The translations under genes were made by a program, and so were the position numbers. The notes under the pieces are model-generated. The model ran no database searches. It was not told the origin of the DNA and worked only from the letters and a program-made list of their open reading frames with translations. From contig OX597831.1 of assembly GCA_951406725.2 (NCBI GenBank), positions 64,542,001-64,606,000 of the forward strand: a stretch of 64,000 nucleotides of DNA. Direction: 5' to 3'. Of this stretch, positions 26,679-39,167 are shown piece by piece. This stretch comes from Octopus vulgaris (taxonomy: Eukaryota). How positions within the stretch are numbered: the first letter of the stretch is position 1; the number at the start of each line of letters is the position of its first letter.

Positions 26679-27464
26679 TATTTCTTTACTACCCACAAGG
26701 AGCTAAAAACAGAGGGGACAAACAAGGACAGACAAACGGATTAAGTCGGTTATATCGACCCCAGTGCATAACTGGTACTTAATTTATCGACCCCGAAAGG
26801 ATGAAAGGCAAAGTCAACCTCGGCGGAATTTGAACTCGGAACATAGCAGCAGACAAAATACCTATTTCTTTACTACCCACAAGGGGCTAAACACAGAGGG
26901 GACAAACAAGGACAGACAGACGGATTAAGTCGTTTATATCGACCCCAATGCGTAACTGGTGCTTAATTTATCGACTCCGAAAGGATGAAAGGCAAAGTCG
27001 ACCTCAGCGGAATTTGAACTCAGAACTTTAACGGCAGACGAAATACCTATTTCTTTACTACCCACAAGGGGCTAAACATAGAGAGGATAAACAAGGACAG
27101 ACAAACGGATTAAGTCGGTTATATCGGCCCCAGGGCGTAACTGGTACTTAATTTATCGACTCCGAAAGGATGAAAGGCAAAGTCGACCTCAGCGGAATTT
27201 GAACTCAGAACTTTAACGGCAGACGAAATACCTATTTCTTTACTACCCACAAGGGGCTAAACATAGAGAGGATAAACAAGGACAGACAAACGGATTAAGT
27301 CGGTTATATCGGCCCCAGGGCGTAACTGGTACTTAATTTATCGACCCCGAAAGGATGAAAGGCAAAGTCGACCTCAGCGGAATTTGAACTCAGAACGTAA
27401 CAGCAGACGAAATACGGCTACGCATTTCGCCCGATGTGCTAACGTTTCTGCCAGCTCGCCGCCT
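26679..27464 (-). mobile_element. SINE family B tetramer (one full unit plus three headless 184-185-bp units)
   Basis: Junction CCTATTTCTTTACTACCC at 26861, 27046 and 27231; outer TSD TTACATTAGAATATA at 26528-26542 and 27465-27479. Confidence 0.9.
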
Positions 27465-30111
27465 TTACATTAGAATATAGTTACATCTGAATGTTAATAA
27501 CTATATTTGAATATATACCAGAATACAGCTATACCTGGAGATAATAAATATACCTGGATATAACTATATCTTGATATAATAACCATACCATTGTATATCT
27601 ATACTTGCATGTAACTATACCTCGACATAATAACTACCACAATGCACCTTTATGAGAATATAGTTATATATCTTGCTGTAACTGTACCAGATTATAGTGC
27701 ACTATTGAATATAATACATATCATAAGAATCGTTGTTGGTGGCTAAGTTTGTCCATAATGTGTATTATATCCAGGTACTGAATGTACTTCGATCAATAGA
27801 ATCCATTACTGTATATAGCAACTGTTACAGCCCTGTTCATGCACTCTAACATCATGCAATTTTATTTACTACAACCACTAATTTACCTGTACTGGTGTAT
27901 AGTTTATTATGATACATATGCACCCAAACAGTATTATAACCATAATTTATGCATTGTTCTAGTTCATAATTTTACACAGCACTTATACGGTTTACCTGCA
28001 ATGTTAAATTGCAGTGGAGATGTATAGAAACAGCATAACCATGCACAAACAGCATTATAATTAGTGTAAGTTTAGTAGTAGCCTTAATATTGCACGTGCT
28101 GTATATGTGTTGCATATTTCTTTTGCTGAGTATTATACATGTATGGTGGGGGTATTATATCTACTGTCTACACTAGCACTGACATAAAATAGAAGCCAGC
28201 AATGAATTTGAATGTGTGTAAACAATATGCTATTGATGCAACAGTGTGACCGGGTGAAGTTGAAATAGTCAATATCTAAGCCTGAAAGCTGTTGTGTGCA
28301 GCTGTAGCATAAATTCACTCAGAGCGTATGATCAGCTGCACAATTGTGTATTATAGTGAATACTGCCAGCTGGATAAGTTTGTCCATAATGTTTTGCCTA
28401 AACTTCAATCGATAGAAACCATTAGCTGCATAATCATTATACCTGTAGATCTTGTGAATTTGTTAAGCTGTATACTCTCTTTGCTCTTTTACTTGTTTCA
28501 GTCATTTGACTGTGGCCATGCTGGAGCACCGCCTTTAATCGAGCAACTCGACCCCGGGACTTATTCTTTTGTAAGCCAGTACTTATTCTATCGGTCACTT
28601 TTGCCAAACCGCTAAGTGACGGGGACATAAACACACCAGCATCGGTTGTCAAGCAATGCTAGGGGGACAAACACAGACACACAAACACACACACACACAC
28701 ATATATATACATATATACGACGGGCTTCTTTCAGTTTCCGTCTACCAAATCCACTCACAAGGCTTTGGTTGGCCTGAGGCTATAGTAGAAGACACTTGCC
28801 CAAGGTGCCACACAGTGGGACTGAACCCGGAACCATGTGGTTGGTAAGCAAGCTACTTACCACACAGCACCTATGAATATATTTGCTAACTTAGGGGCTA
28901 GCCAGTAAGAGATTGTCTCCTCATCCAGGGGAAAAGTTCTTGTTTCTTTAACACTTCACAAATCAATAATAACTACTACTAACTCAATCAATCTTCTAAC
29001 ATCTGGTGGGGGTGGGGCAACAGGTTTAGTTCAGTATTGAGCAAGGATAGACACAGTGAAGATGATAGATGGTTGTAGTGAGCAAATTTGATATGCAACA
29101 GTGATAGTGCTGTGTAAAAAGCACTGGCGATGGTGCCACGTGAAAAGCACCTAATACACTGTTAAGTGGTTGGCATTAGGAAGGGCATCCAGCAGCAGAA
29201 ACTGAGCCAAAACAGACAATGGAAGTTGGTACTGCCCCTGGCCCTGCCAGTTCTTGTCAAGCTGTCCAACCCATGCCAGCATGGAAAAAGGACATCAAAT
29301 GATGATGATGATAGTTCAAAGTAGCAGGTTCCATTGTAATAACAGGGGAAACTGTGAAAATAAACATGACTATGAAATAACAATTGCAGTATGCCAGTAA
29401 CTGTGTCCTGTATCAATTATGAACAGGGGTGTATAAACACCTTGTTGGTGAAGATTAGTGACTTCTAGGAGTTATCAGGGTTATCCTTTTCCTACAGCTA
29501 AAAGTGAACCATGCTTTCATAATCAGCAAGGTTATGGGCTTTGATTGTGTGAGGAATGTGGAGAAATCTACATACATCTAGGAGAATGATGTCAGACACT
29601 TACTTAGCAGTATATGGATGAGGAAGGGAGACCCACGATGGTCAGTGTGGAGCAAGTGGGCTGTCACTAACTTACATGAAATATCACAGTTTTGTGGGTG
29701 AGGTTTGCCTCCTAAATTAGGCACCAATCTGCTAGGGAAATAGACAATGATGGCTGCATAAATGCTGAATTTGGAGGAGTGAAAGAGGTGAAAAGTAGTT
29801 GAGTGTTGGTCAGGTGAGGATATTATTCACTGGTGTTATTGCTTTAGAAGATTTGCAAGAAAGTAAAAAATTTCTGAAGTTTTCAGTACTACTAAAACAA
29901 CTGTGCATAATAAACAAACAGGTAGCTTTGTAAGCAAAACTTGGTTATAGGCGAAGGAGTGGCTGTGTGGTAAGAAGCTTGCTTACCAACCACATGGTTC
30001 CGGGTTCAGTCCCACTGCATGGCACCTTGGGCAAGTGTCTTCTACTATAGCCTCGGGCCAACCAAAGCCTTGTGAGTGGATTTGGTAGACGGAAACTGAA
30101 AGAAGCCCATC

Positions 30112-30148
<37 letters not shown>

Positions 30149-33100
30149 TGTGTGTGTCTGTGTTTGCCCCCCTACCATCGCTTGACAACCGATGCTGGTG
30201 TGTTTATGTCCCCATCACTTAGCGGTTCGGCAAAAGTGACCGATAGAATAAGTACTAGGCTTACAAAGAATAAGTCCTGGGTTCGATTTGCTCGACTAAA
30301 GACGGTGCTCCAGCATGGCCACAGTCAAATGACTGAAACAAGTAAAAGAGTAAAGAGCTTCGCTATGTCTTCCAAAGATCAGACTACTCTTCTACTCACT
30401 GCCTTGTGTATATCCAATTCTAATTAATTTGGACTTCAATGTATCAACCGATTTCAAAGTTTTCTTTTAATAATTTATTATTGACAAGGGATGACAATGT
30501 GTCGAGACTTGTGGTGATTTGCTGTACTTAGAAGACATGTCAATCTAAGTAAAATCATGGCCATTCATCCCTACAGGCATGTCGTTTATGGCCTTGTCCC
30601 CACACCCTCTCCCAGCTGATAGATCTTTATCTTTGTTACTGATCGGAATAGGTGACCGTCTGGAAGGGATGTTCTCGTCGCTCCTTTCTGCCAACGGGTA
30701 GCCCCCCCCCGCATACCGGTGCAACATCGACTCTACACTGCTGGCGCATCCCCGAATCTCCGCCCGCGTTTGCCCGCCTTCACGCACTCGTTCGTTCGTC
30801 CTCTCGCAATCAAACGTTCCCTTGCCACCCGCGCCTGGGCGGGTATTTTTTTTTCTTCTTTCTTTTCGTTTTCACTTTCTCGCGCCTCGCCTCCGACCCC
30901 CGGCCTCGTCTTCGTTTTGTCTTGCAGGCGCTGATGTCACGTAAAATGCACTCATGCGTGTACCACATGATTGCACCCATACCTGTAGCACATGAAAAGC
31001 ACCCAACACCCTCTATAAGGTGGTTGGTATTAAGAGAGGCATCCAGTTGTAGAAACCATGCCCAAACAGACAGCTGGAGCCTGGACATCTCTTGTTGGCC
31101 AGCTCCTGTCCAACTGTCCAAACCATGCCAGCATAAAAAACGGATGTTAAACGATGATGATGAATTTTTGTATTTAGGAATGGTCATTTTGCCAGTTTAG
31201 CCAATAAAAACACATGCACTATATATTTGGTGTTACTTTGCTTCAGCGTTATTTATTTTTTACATTAATCTTAATCTTATTTCGGCCAGAGTTCTTTCAT
31301 CACACTCCTGTGACCGCATCAGTGGTCCTTTGCTTTATAAGATGATGAATTTGATTTTCATTTATCTTTGACTTATATAAACAATGTCCAACAATATTTA
31401 CATCTCCTACATTCAGATATAATCTTGGCTATTTCAAGTTATTGTGCTCTCCACATTTTGTTCACACTTGATTCACCCTTAAATAGTAATTAGTGTTAAC
31501 ATATTTAATGCAATGAGTATAAAAAAATATCTAATTAGAAATAATTATGTGGTGAGGTAGAAATAATATTAGTTGATGAATGTTATTTTCATTTTCTTGG
31601 TAAATATTATTCTAACTGCCTCACTGAATTATAGGCCTCATCTTACTTGCCAAAGTAGTGATGACAGAATCACTAAGTAAATGTAAAACAGTGTAGAGTA
31701 GTCGGGGTAGGAAAGCAGAATTGTTTGGAGAATAAATAACTCAGAAGTGCCATCTGCATGAAAAACAATAGTTAAGTTGATGGATGAGAGAAGTGAAGAA
31801 TCCTGATTATTTAGAATGAAAAATTATTCTGAATCTATCATCACAAAGTCTTAGAGAGTTGATGGGGAACTAGAAATTTCTCGAGGTTTTCTTGTCATCG
31901 AAGATAAGAAAAAACATGTAACTGATCTGTGTTTGTTGTGTTGTGTTTAAGTGTTGGGTCTGATTGAACATATGATGTTAGAATTGTTGCTTGCAATAAC
32001 AATCTGTGCTCTTTATATGCCCAGGTGGTCTCTCATTTTCAGTCTTTGTATGAATGGTCTGTGTGCAGCTTGTGATGCCAAACATTGTTTTGTATTACTC
32101 TCGTTTACTCTTTTACTTGTTCCAGTCATTTGACTGCAGCCATGCTGGAGCACCGCGTACTTATTCTATCGGTCTCTTTTGCTGAAGCGCTAAGTTACGG
32201 GGATGTAAACACACCAGCATCGGCTGTCAAGCGATGTTGAGGGGACAAACACAGACATACAAACTCACACACACACATATCCAAATCCACTCACAAGGCT
32301 TTGGTTGGCCCGAGGCTATAGTAGAAGACACTTGCCCAAGGTGCCACGCAGTGGGACTGAACCCAGAACCATGTGGTTGGTAAACAAGCTACTAACCACA
32401 CAGCCACTCCTGCACCTATATTCTTTGTAGTTTGTTGTGGAGAAATATGGCAACATGGCAAATGGCTTTATATATTGGTTTAAAATTTAGGCATACTGCC
32501 AGTATCTTTGAGAATGTCAATTACATCAACCGGTACTTATTTTATCAACCCCGAATGGATGAAAGGCAAAGTTTGACATCAGCAGAATTTGAACTCAGAA
32601 CATAAAGACAGACAAAATGCCATGGAGCATTTTGCCCAACATGCTAACAATTCTGCCAGCTCTCCACCCCAATGGTGTTATAAATTGTTTGTACTTGAGT
32701 ACTGCTGTTTCTTTGTGATGTCTGTGGGTATAGTGAATATATCTGTTGGTCTTTTCACTTCCTTTACTACATTTGTGTGTGTGGTGTGACTATTGCAGAG
32801 GTGTAATCAGTTTTTAATGCTTTTGTTTTTAATCATAATGTTTACATTATTGACAATGATGTTTGGTTGTATTTGGTGTCCTATGGTGTTGAAGGTAACA
32901 AGGAAAATGAGATTTTATCTTTTTTACTTTTAGCATGTTTGTTCAGAGGTTTCTGGGTACTTCATTTGGGGGGTCATGTAGTTAGTTGCACAGAGAATAG
33001 CCAAAAAAGATGATTGTGATAATATTTGCATATGATCTTTTTGCTTTCATTTTTTTTTTTATCAATGATTATTTTTCTAAATTTTTACAAGTGTTTGCAA

Positions 33101-33453
33101 CTCTTATTGTAAAAGAAAATAGTAACAGAATATTGTAGCAATGCTTCATTCCCTAACCAGACGGGCATAGAACAACATGACTGCCAAAACTCAGGGCCTT
33201 TAGCAAGGCAACGCAACATGTTGAATGGAGGGTGTCCGCCCATAAGGGACAGTATCAGGACAGGTCGAAATGACTATTGTACAAAATAAAGATTAATACC
33301 AAATCCATCTTCTTGTTACTTAAGAAACTATTATTATTAGTATCTCAACTAACACTGCAGAATTCCTTAAGTAGGAAACATACCCTGACTGTGGATAACA
33401 CCAGGTAGTCCAAACTGTGCCAACATATATACCCATTAGTCCCAAAATATTAA

Positions 33454-33501
<48 letters not shown>

Positions 33502-34061
33502 CATTTTTGGATTTGGTTTGCAAGATTCTTTATGAATTTGTGTGTTGAAGCATATTCTGTTGTCTGGGGATAGTCATTTTCTTTTTGTGCTTTATAATGT
33601 AACACACTCACCAGTACATTATAAGGCACAAAAAGAAAATGACTCTCCCCAGACTCAACAGCAGTATATATATATATATATATATATCCCCATTTTTAAC
33701 TGGGGATAAATATTATCTCTCCGTATTAATATTGCCTCTGTCACTAATAAGTATTTTTTAACAAGCTCACTGGCTAATCATGACACCAGCACCTGTTCTG
33801 ATACTGTTTTTCTATATATATCACTGTTATCTCTAGTGGCTTAGCCTCCATCACTGACAAGACCAGGGAAGGTCGAAATCACGTGATCTGGTGGTCTCAG
33901 CCCTGGAGGTAGCAGGGATTTGTCTCCCCACCTAGCGATATAAACAAGAGTACAATTTTCACCATATGTGAGAGTTTCTCTCATATCTACCACAGTATAG
34001 TTTGTTCTATCAGAACATTCATGTTTAAGTGGGAACAAATATTTTCTCTTCTTCAGTTTTC

Positions 34062-34470
34062 GGATCTTTTCGGTTTGAACGGCAGTTTTTTAAAATAATT
34101 TCTAGGTAACTAAAACATTTTAAACTTCGTATACTGGTAGAATTTGTTTATAAAACATCTTTTTCTCTTGGTTTTATTGAGAAAATTCTATAGTTTGTAA
34201 GATATTTGTTGTTTTTTTTCTTCAATTTCTGCAATTTCAACCAATCAATGATGTGTATTGAGGTAAAAAATTCTGTGCCATATGAATATGTCCCTTGTTT
34301 AAGAAGCAGATTGGGTTTATTTACATTTCTGAAGAAAAAAGATACCCTTCCCCCTAACCCTAACCCTAAAACAGATTGAAATGCAATAGATCGATACTAG
34401 GGTCATAATTATGGGTGACAATTTCATATGACACCACTAGAAAAAGCTGCCGTTCAGACCGAAAAGATCC
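34062..34470 (+). mobile_element. GGATC-terminal telomeric-repeat MITE, copy 2
   Basis: TIRs as at 25531; TSD CAGTTTTC on both sides. Confidence 0.9.
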
Positions 34471-37400
34471 CAGTTTTCTCATCTGAATCTCATATTTTCT
34501 CTAATAAATCTGTGTACTGTTGTCAGAAGTACTTTTAGTTTATCATTTGTACCATACAACTTGGAGTTAACCATATAGAAAAGATGGTTGTCGTCTCATA
34601 ACATTTGTATCTAATCTAGTTTAACATGGTGGCTAAGGAGTAAGTTCTAGGCTTAAAATGAGTTGAGAGTAGTCACCTGTCTCCTGGGGAATATTCCTAT
34701 TCTAACGGAAATAGTTGATGTTGTTGATGTTCTGGTTCAGTTTTTGTCAACCAGTATTCTATTGGTATTTTAGGTGTGGCTTTATGTTTTATTATTTTCT
34801 TTTTGTAATTTTGTATTTTTTAAGTGTCCTATTTTAATTTCTGGTATATTTTTGGCTTTGAGAATATATCTTGGCCGTTGCAAGCCTCGCCTGGCCTCCA
34901 TGCCGGTGGCACGTAAAAAGCACCATCCGATCGTGGCCGTTTGCCAGCCTCGTCTGGCACCTGTGTTGGTGGCACGTAAAAAGCACCTACTTTACTCATG
35001 GAGTGGTTGGCGTTAGAAAGGGCATCCAGCCGTAGAAACATTGCCAGATCAGACTGGGCCTGGTGCAGCCTTCCGGCTTCCCAGACCCCAGTTGAACCGT
35101 CCAACCCATGCTAGCATGGAAAGCGGGCGCTAAACGATGATGATGATGATCTTAAGTTGGCCAGTCTTTTGGGCATGACATTAGGTTTTGACCTGGGTTA
35201 TTTTTCTTTCAAATCGTGTAAATAGTTGCAGATTTTTTTAGTAGTGTTCCTGTAAGATGTGTATGTAAATAAAGACATACCTCTTTTGTCCGTTTATGCG
35301 TTTTGTTTTATTTGCAACTCTTTTATTCAGATTTTCAGTTTTGTTGGGTACCTATTTATTTGTTTCTATTGATGTTGCCCACTGTTTTCCAGGTTTTATA
35401 TATCAAAGTACACATTTTTCTATTGACTTTGGGTTGAATGATAGAGTTTTTATTTGTATTGCCTCTCATTGTTTGTGGAGAAGAGTAGATTCATTTTGAT
35501 GTTGGTGCAAACCTTTCTCTGATACTTTCACATATGGTTGTTGTTTTTGTTATTGTTATTCATGTTATTATTGTTATTAAGGCAGCAATTTGGCTGAATC
35601 GTTAGCTTAGTGGCATTTCGTCCATCCTTATGTTCAGAATTAAAATTCCACGGAGGTTGACTTTGCCTTTCATCCCTTTAGGGTCGATAAAATAAGTACC
35701 AGTTGAACACTGGGGTTGATGTTAAAGATTTTACCCCCCCCAAAAAAAAAATTGCAGGCCTTCTGCCAAAATTTGAAATCATGCTTATTAGGATTAGGAT
35801 TAGGGTGGTGGATTGGAAAAATTATTAAAGCTTTGCAGTATATTCTTTTATTCTTTTACTTATGTCAGTCATTTGACTGCAGCCATGCTGGAGCACCACC
35901 ATGACAGGTTTTTAGTCAAACAAATCAACTTCAGGACTTATTTTTTAAGCCTAGTACTGATTCTATCAGTCTCTTTTACCGAACTGCTATGTTATGGATA
36001 CACAAACACACCAACACTGGTTGTCAAGGAGTGATGGGGGTGGGGACAAATATAGACATACATACATACATATATATTTAAAGAAAAGAAGGGTAAAGAT
36101 ACCGCTTGCTAAAAATTAAACCACCAATTCTATGATAAATACACACCTTGAAATACCATCCTGAAGGTAGGCATATTGTTAAAAATATTTATTACATTGC
36201 TCGTGTGTGTGTATTTATCGTAGAATTGGTGGTTTTAGCAAGCGGTATCTTTACCCTTTTTTACTTTAAAAATTTTATACCCGTTTAGGTAGAAATCTTG
36301 CTACCTTATTATTACTGTTTTTAACAGTAATAATACTTCACATATTTACATACATATATACAAATATATGGAGACTGGGAAGTTAATAATTGTTTATTAT
36401 TAACAGCAAATTAATCATCATTCCTTACAGCTGTTTCAATTAATACTCAGTAAATATAAAATTTATATGACCTGAGCATAATATCATAAGAGAGGGAAAA
36501 AGATAGACCCTTGGAGGTTTTATATGTGTTTATGGATTTATTATAGCAGACTGAATGATACTGTTTGTGGTTTGTATTGTTTTATGTTCAGGCAAGGGGT
36601 TTACAGGTTGATTAGTGATAAGATGGAGTAGGTAAATAAATTTAGAATACTAAATGAATAAATTAGAGATAATAGAGGTAATTTAAATATAAATAAGGTA
36701 AGTTTATAGTTAGTAAAAGAATAGAATGTTCGTATATAAGGTATAAATAAGTTATATGCAAGTACACACACACATATGTACCCGTACATCCATACATATA
36801 CACAGACATATACTCACAGATATATACATACACACATATGTACGCATACATGTACATGCACGACCACATTAATATGTATGCACACTCACACATACATACA
36901 CATATGTATATTTATATATGCATTTACACATTTTACCTAATGGGTACACACACATATGCAATAGGCTTCTTTCAGTTTCTATCTACCAAAACCACTCTGA
37001 AAGCTTTGGTCAGCCCAAGGCTATAGTAGAAGATACTTGCCAAAGGTGCCACACAGTGGGACTGAACCCAGAACCATGTGGTTGGGAAGCAAGCTTCTTA
37101 CCACACAGCCATGTCTGTTCATACAAATTTATCCCAGTTCATTTTGAGTTTAAATCCCACTGATTTCAGCTTTGCCTTCCACCCACCCAGGACCAATAAA
37201 ACCAAGTACTAGTCAAGAACTGATCTACTCCTCCCCCTAAACTTCTAACCCTATTCCTATGTTAGAAACAATTATTTGGTGTTAACCTGTTCAGATGTGT
37301 TTTGGAATCAGCTTCAAGGTTCTGGATTTTAAGCTTCAACTCCATGCAAAAATAACTTTTAGGGTTTGTTTTCATACAAGAAGTCTGTCCATATGGGGTA

Positions 37401-37721
37401 CGGAAGAGAAGTTTGTTAAACAACCTCATTTTATTTATATTATTTTAGATTTTTTCTTTTTTTTTCCTTCTACATTTCTACACTTGCATTCACAAAATGG
37501 CAATTACAGAAAGCAACCACACCCTCTCAACGGAGAATGAAGACTATTATACAAGCCTGAAAATGAAAATTATACAAGCAAGGCATGTTTAAAGTGGTGG
37601 AGTGGGGGTGGGAGTTCTTTTATCAACGATGAGACTACTATGAACAATTGTACTTTCTATCTTTCTATTTGTTTTAGTCGTTGGTTTGTGGCCATGCTGG
37701 AGCACCACCTTGAAGGGTATA

Positions 37722-38207
37722 TATTTCTTTATTGCCCACAAGAGGCTAAACACAGAGGGGACAAACAAAGACAGACAAAGGGATTAAGTCGATTACATCA
37801 ACCCCAGTGCGTAACTGGTACTTTATTTATCGACCCCGAAAGGATGAAAGGCAAAGTCGACCTCGGCGGAATTTGAACTCAGAACGTAACAGCAGACGAA
37901 ATACGGCTACGCATTTCGTCCGGCGTGCTAATGATTCTGCCAGCTCCCCGCCTTTTAAAATCAGTCGAAATACCCATTTCTTTACTACCCACAAGGGGTT
38001 AAACACAGAGAGGACAAACAAGGACAGACAAACGGATTAAGTCAATTATATCGACCCCAGTGCATAACTGGTACTTATTTAATCGACCCCGAAAGGATGA
38101 AAGGCAAAGTCAACCTCGGCGGAATTTGAACTCAGAACGTAGCAGCAGTCGAAATACCACTGAGCATTTTACCCGGTGTGCTAACAGTTCTGCCAGCTTG
38201 CTGCCTT
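37722..38207 (-). mobile_element. Two head-to-tail SINE family B copies
   Basis: Two complete head-to-tail units, with a GAAAT(G)GGTATTTCG junction remnant at ~37965-37980. Confidence 0.85.
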
Positions 38208-39167
38208 TTACCACCATGAAGGGTATAGTCAATCAAATTATTATCACAGTGCTTATTTTTTTAAAATCTGGTACTTATTCTATCAGTCTCTTTTGACAAA
38301 GCGCTAAGTTACAGGGATGTAAACAAACCAACTCAAGTTATAAAGTAGTTTGGACACACACACACACACGTGTGTGTACATATATCTTTTACTTGTTTCA
38401 GTCATTTGACTCTGGCCATGCTGGGGCACCACCTTGAATGGTAACAAATCAACTCCAGGACTTAATTTTTTAAAGTCTAATACTCATTCTATGGAAATGT
38501 AAACACACCAACATTGGTTGTGAAGCAGTGGTGAAGAGACAGACACAAAGACTCACACACACATACCATGGTTGTTCCTTCTCGAGCCATGCCTGGCTCA
38601 TAAGGGCAGTTTCCCGGTTTCTTGGCATATAGGTTCCCCACCTGGACGGGACGCCGGTCCATCGCAAGTGAGTTGCAAGATGCAGGAGGAAAGAGTGAGA
38701 GAAAGTTGTGGCGAAAGAGTCAGCAGAAGTTTCGCCATTACCTTCTGCCGGAGCCGCGTGGAGCTTAGCTGTTTTGCTCATAAACACACACATCGCCCGG
38801 TCTGAAATTCAAACCCGCGATCCCTCGACCGTGAGTCTGCTGCTCTAACCACTAGGCCACATACATACCGTGGGCTTCTCTCAGTTTCTGTCTACCAAAT
38901 CCTCTCACAAAGCTTTGGTTGGCCCAAGGCTATGGGAGAAGTGTAATGTTCAGCACAGTGAGACAATCATATATAACAGGCTTATTAACCAATTGTAGAT
39001 AGCTTAAGTGATATCCCCCGCCTTTCTGTTCTGCATTTCATAAGTATAGCTGTTTGTAGCAAGTTAGAGATTCCTTCCTTGTTTCAGTTGAAACCATATG
39101 ATGTTTAACCCCTGGTCAGACCTGATTGAGCAAGCCTATGGGCATATATATTTATTTGCATGCACAT

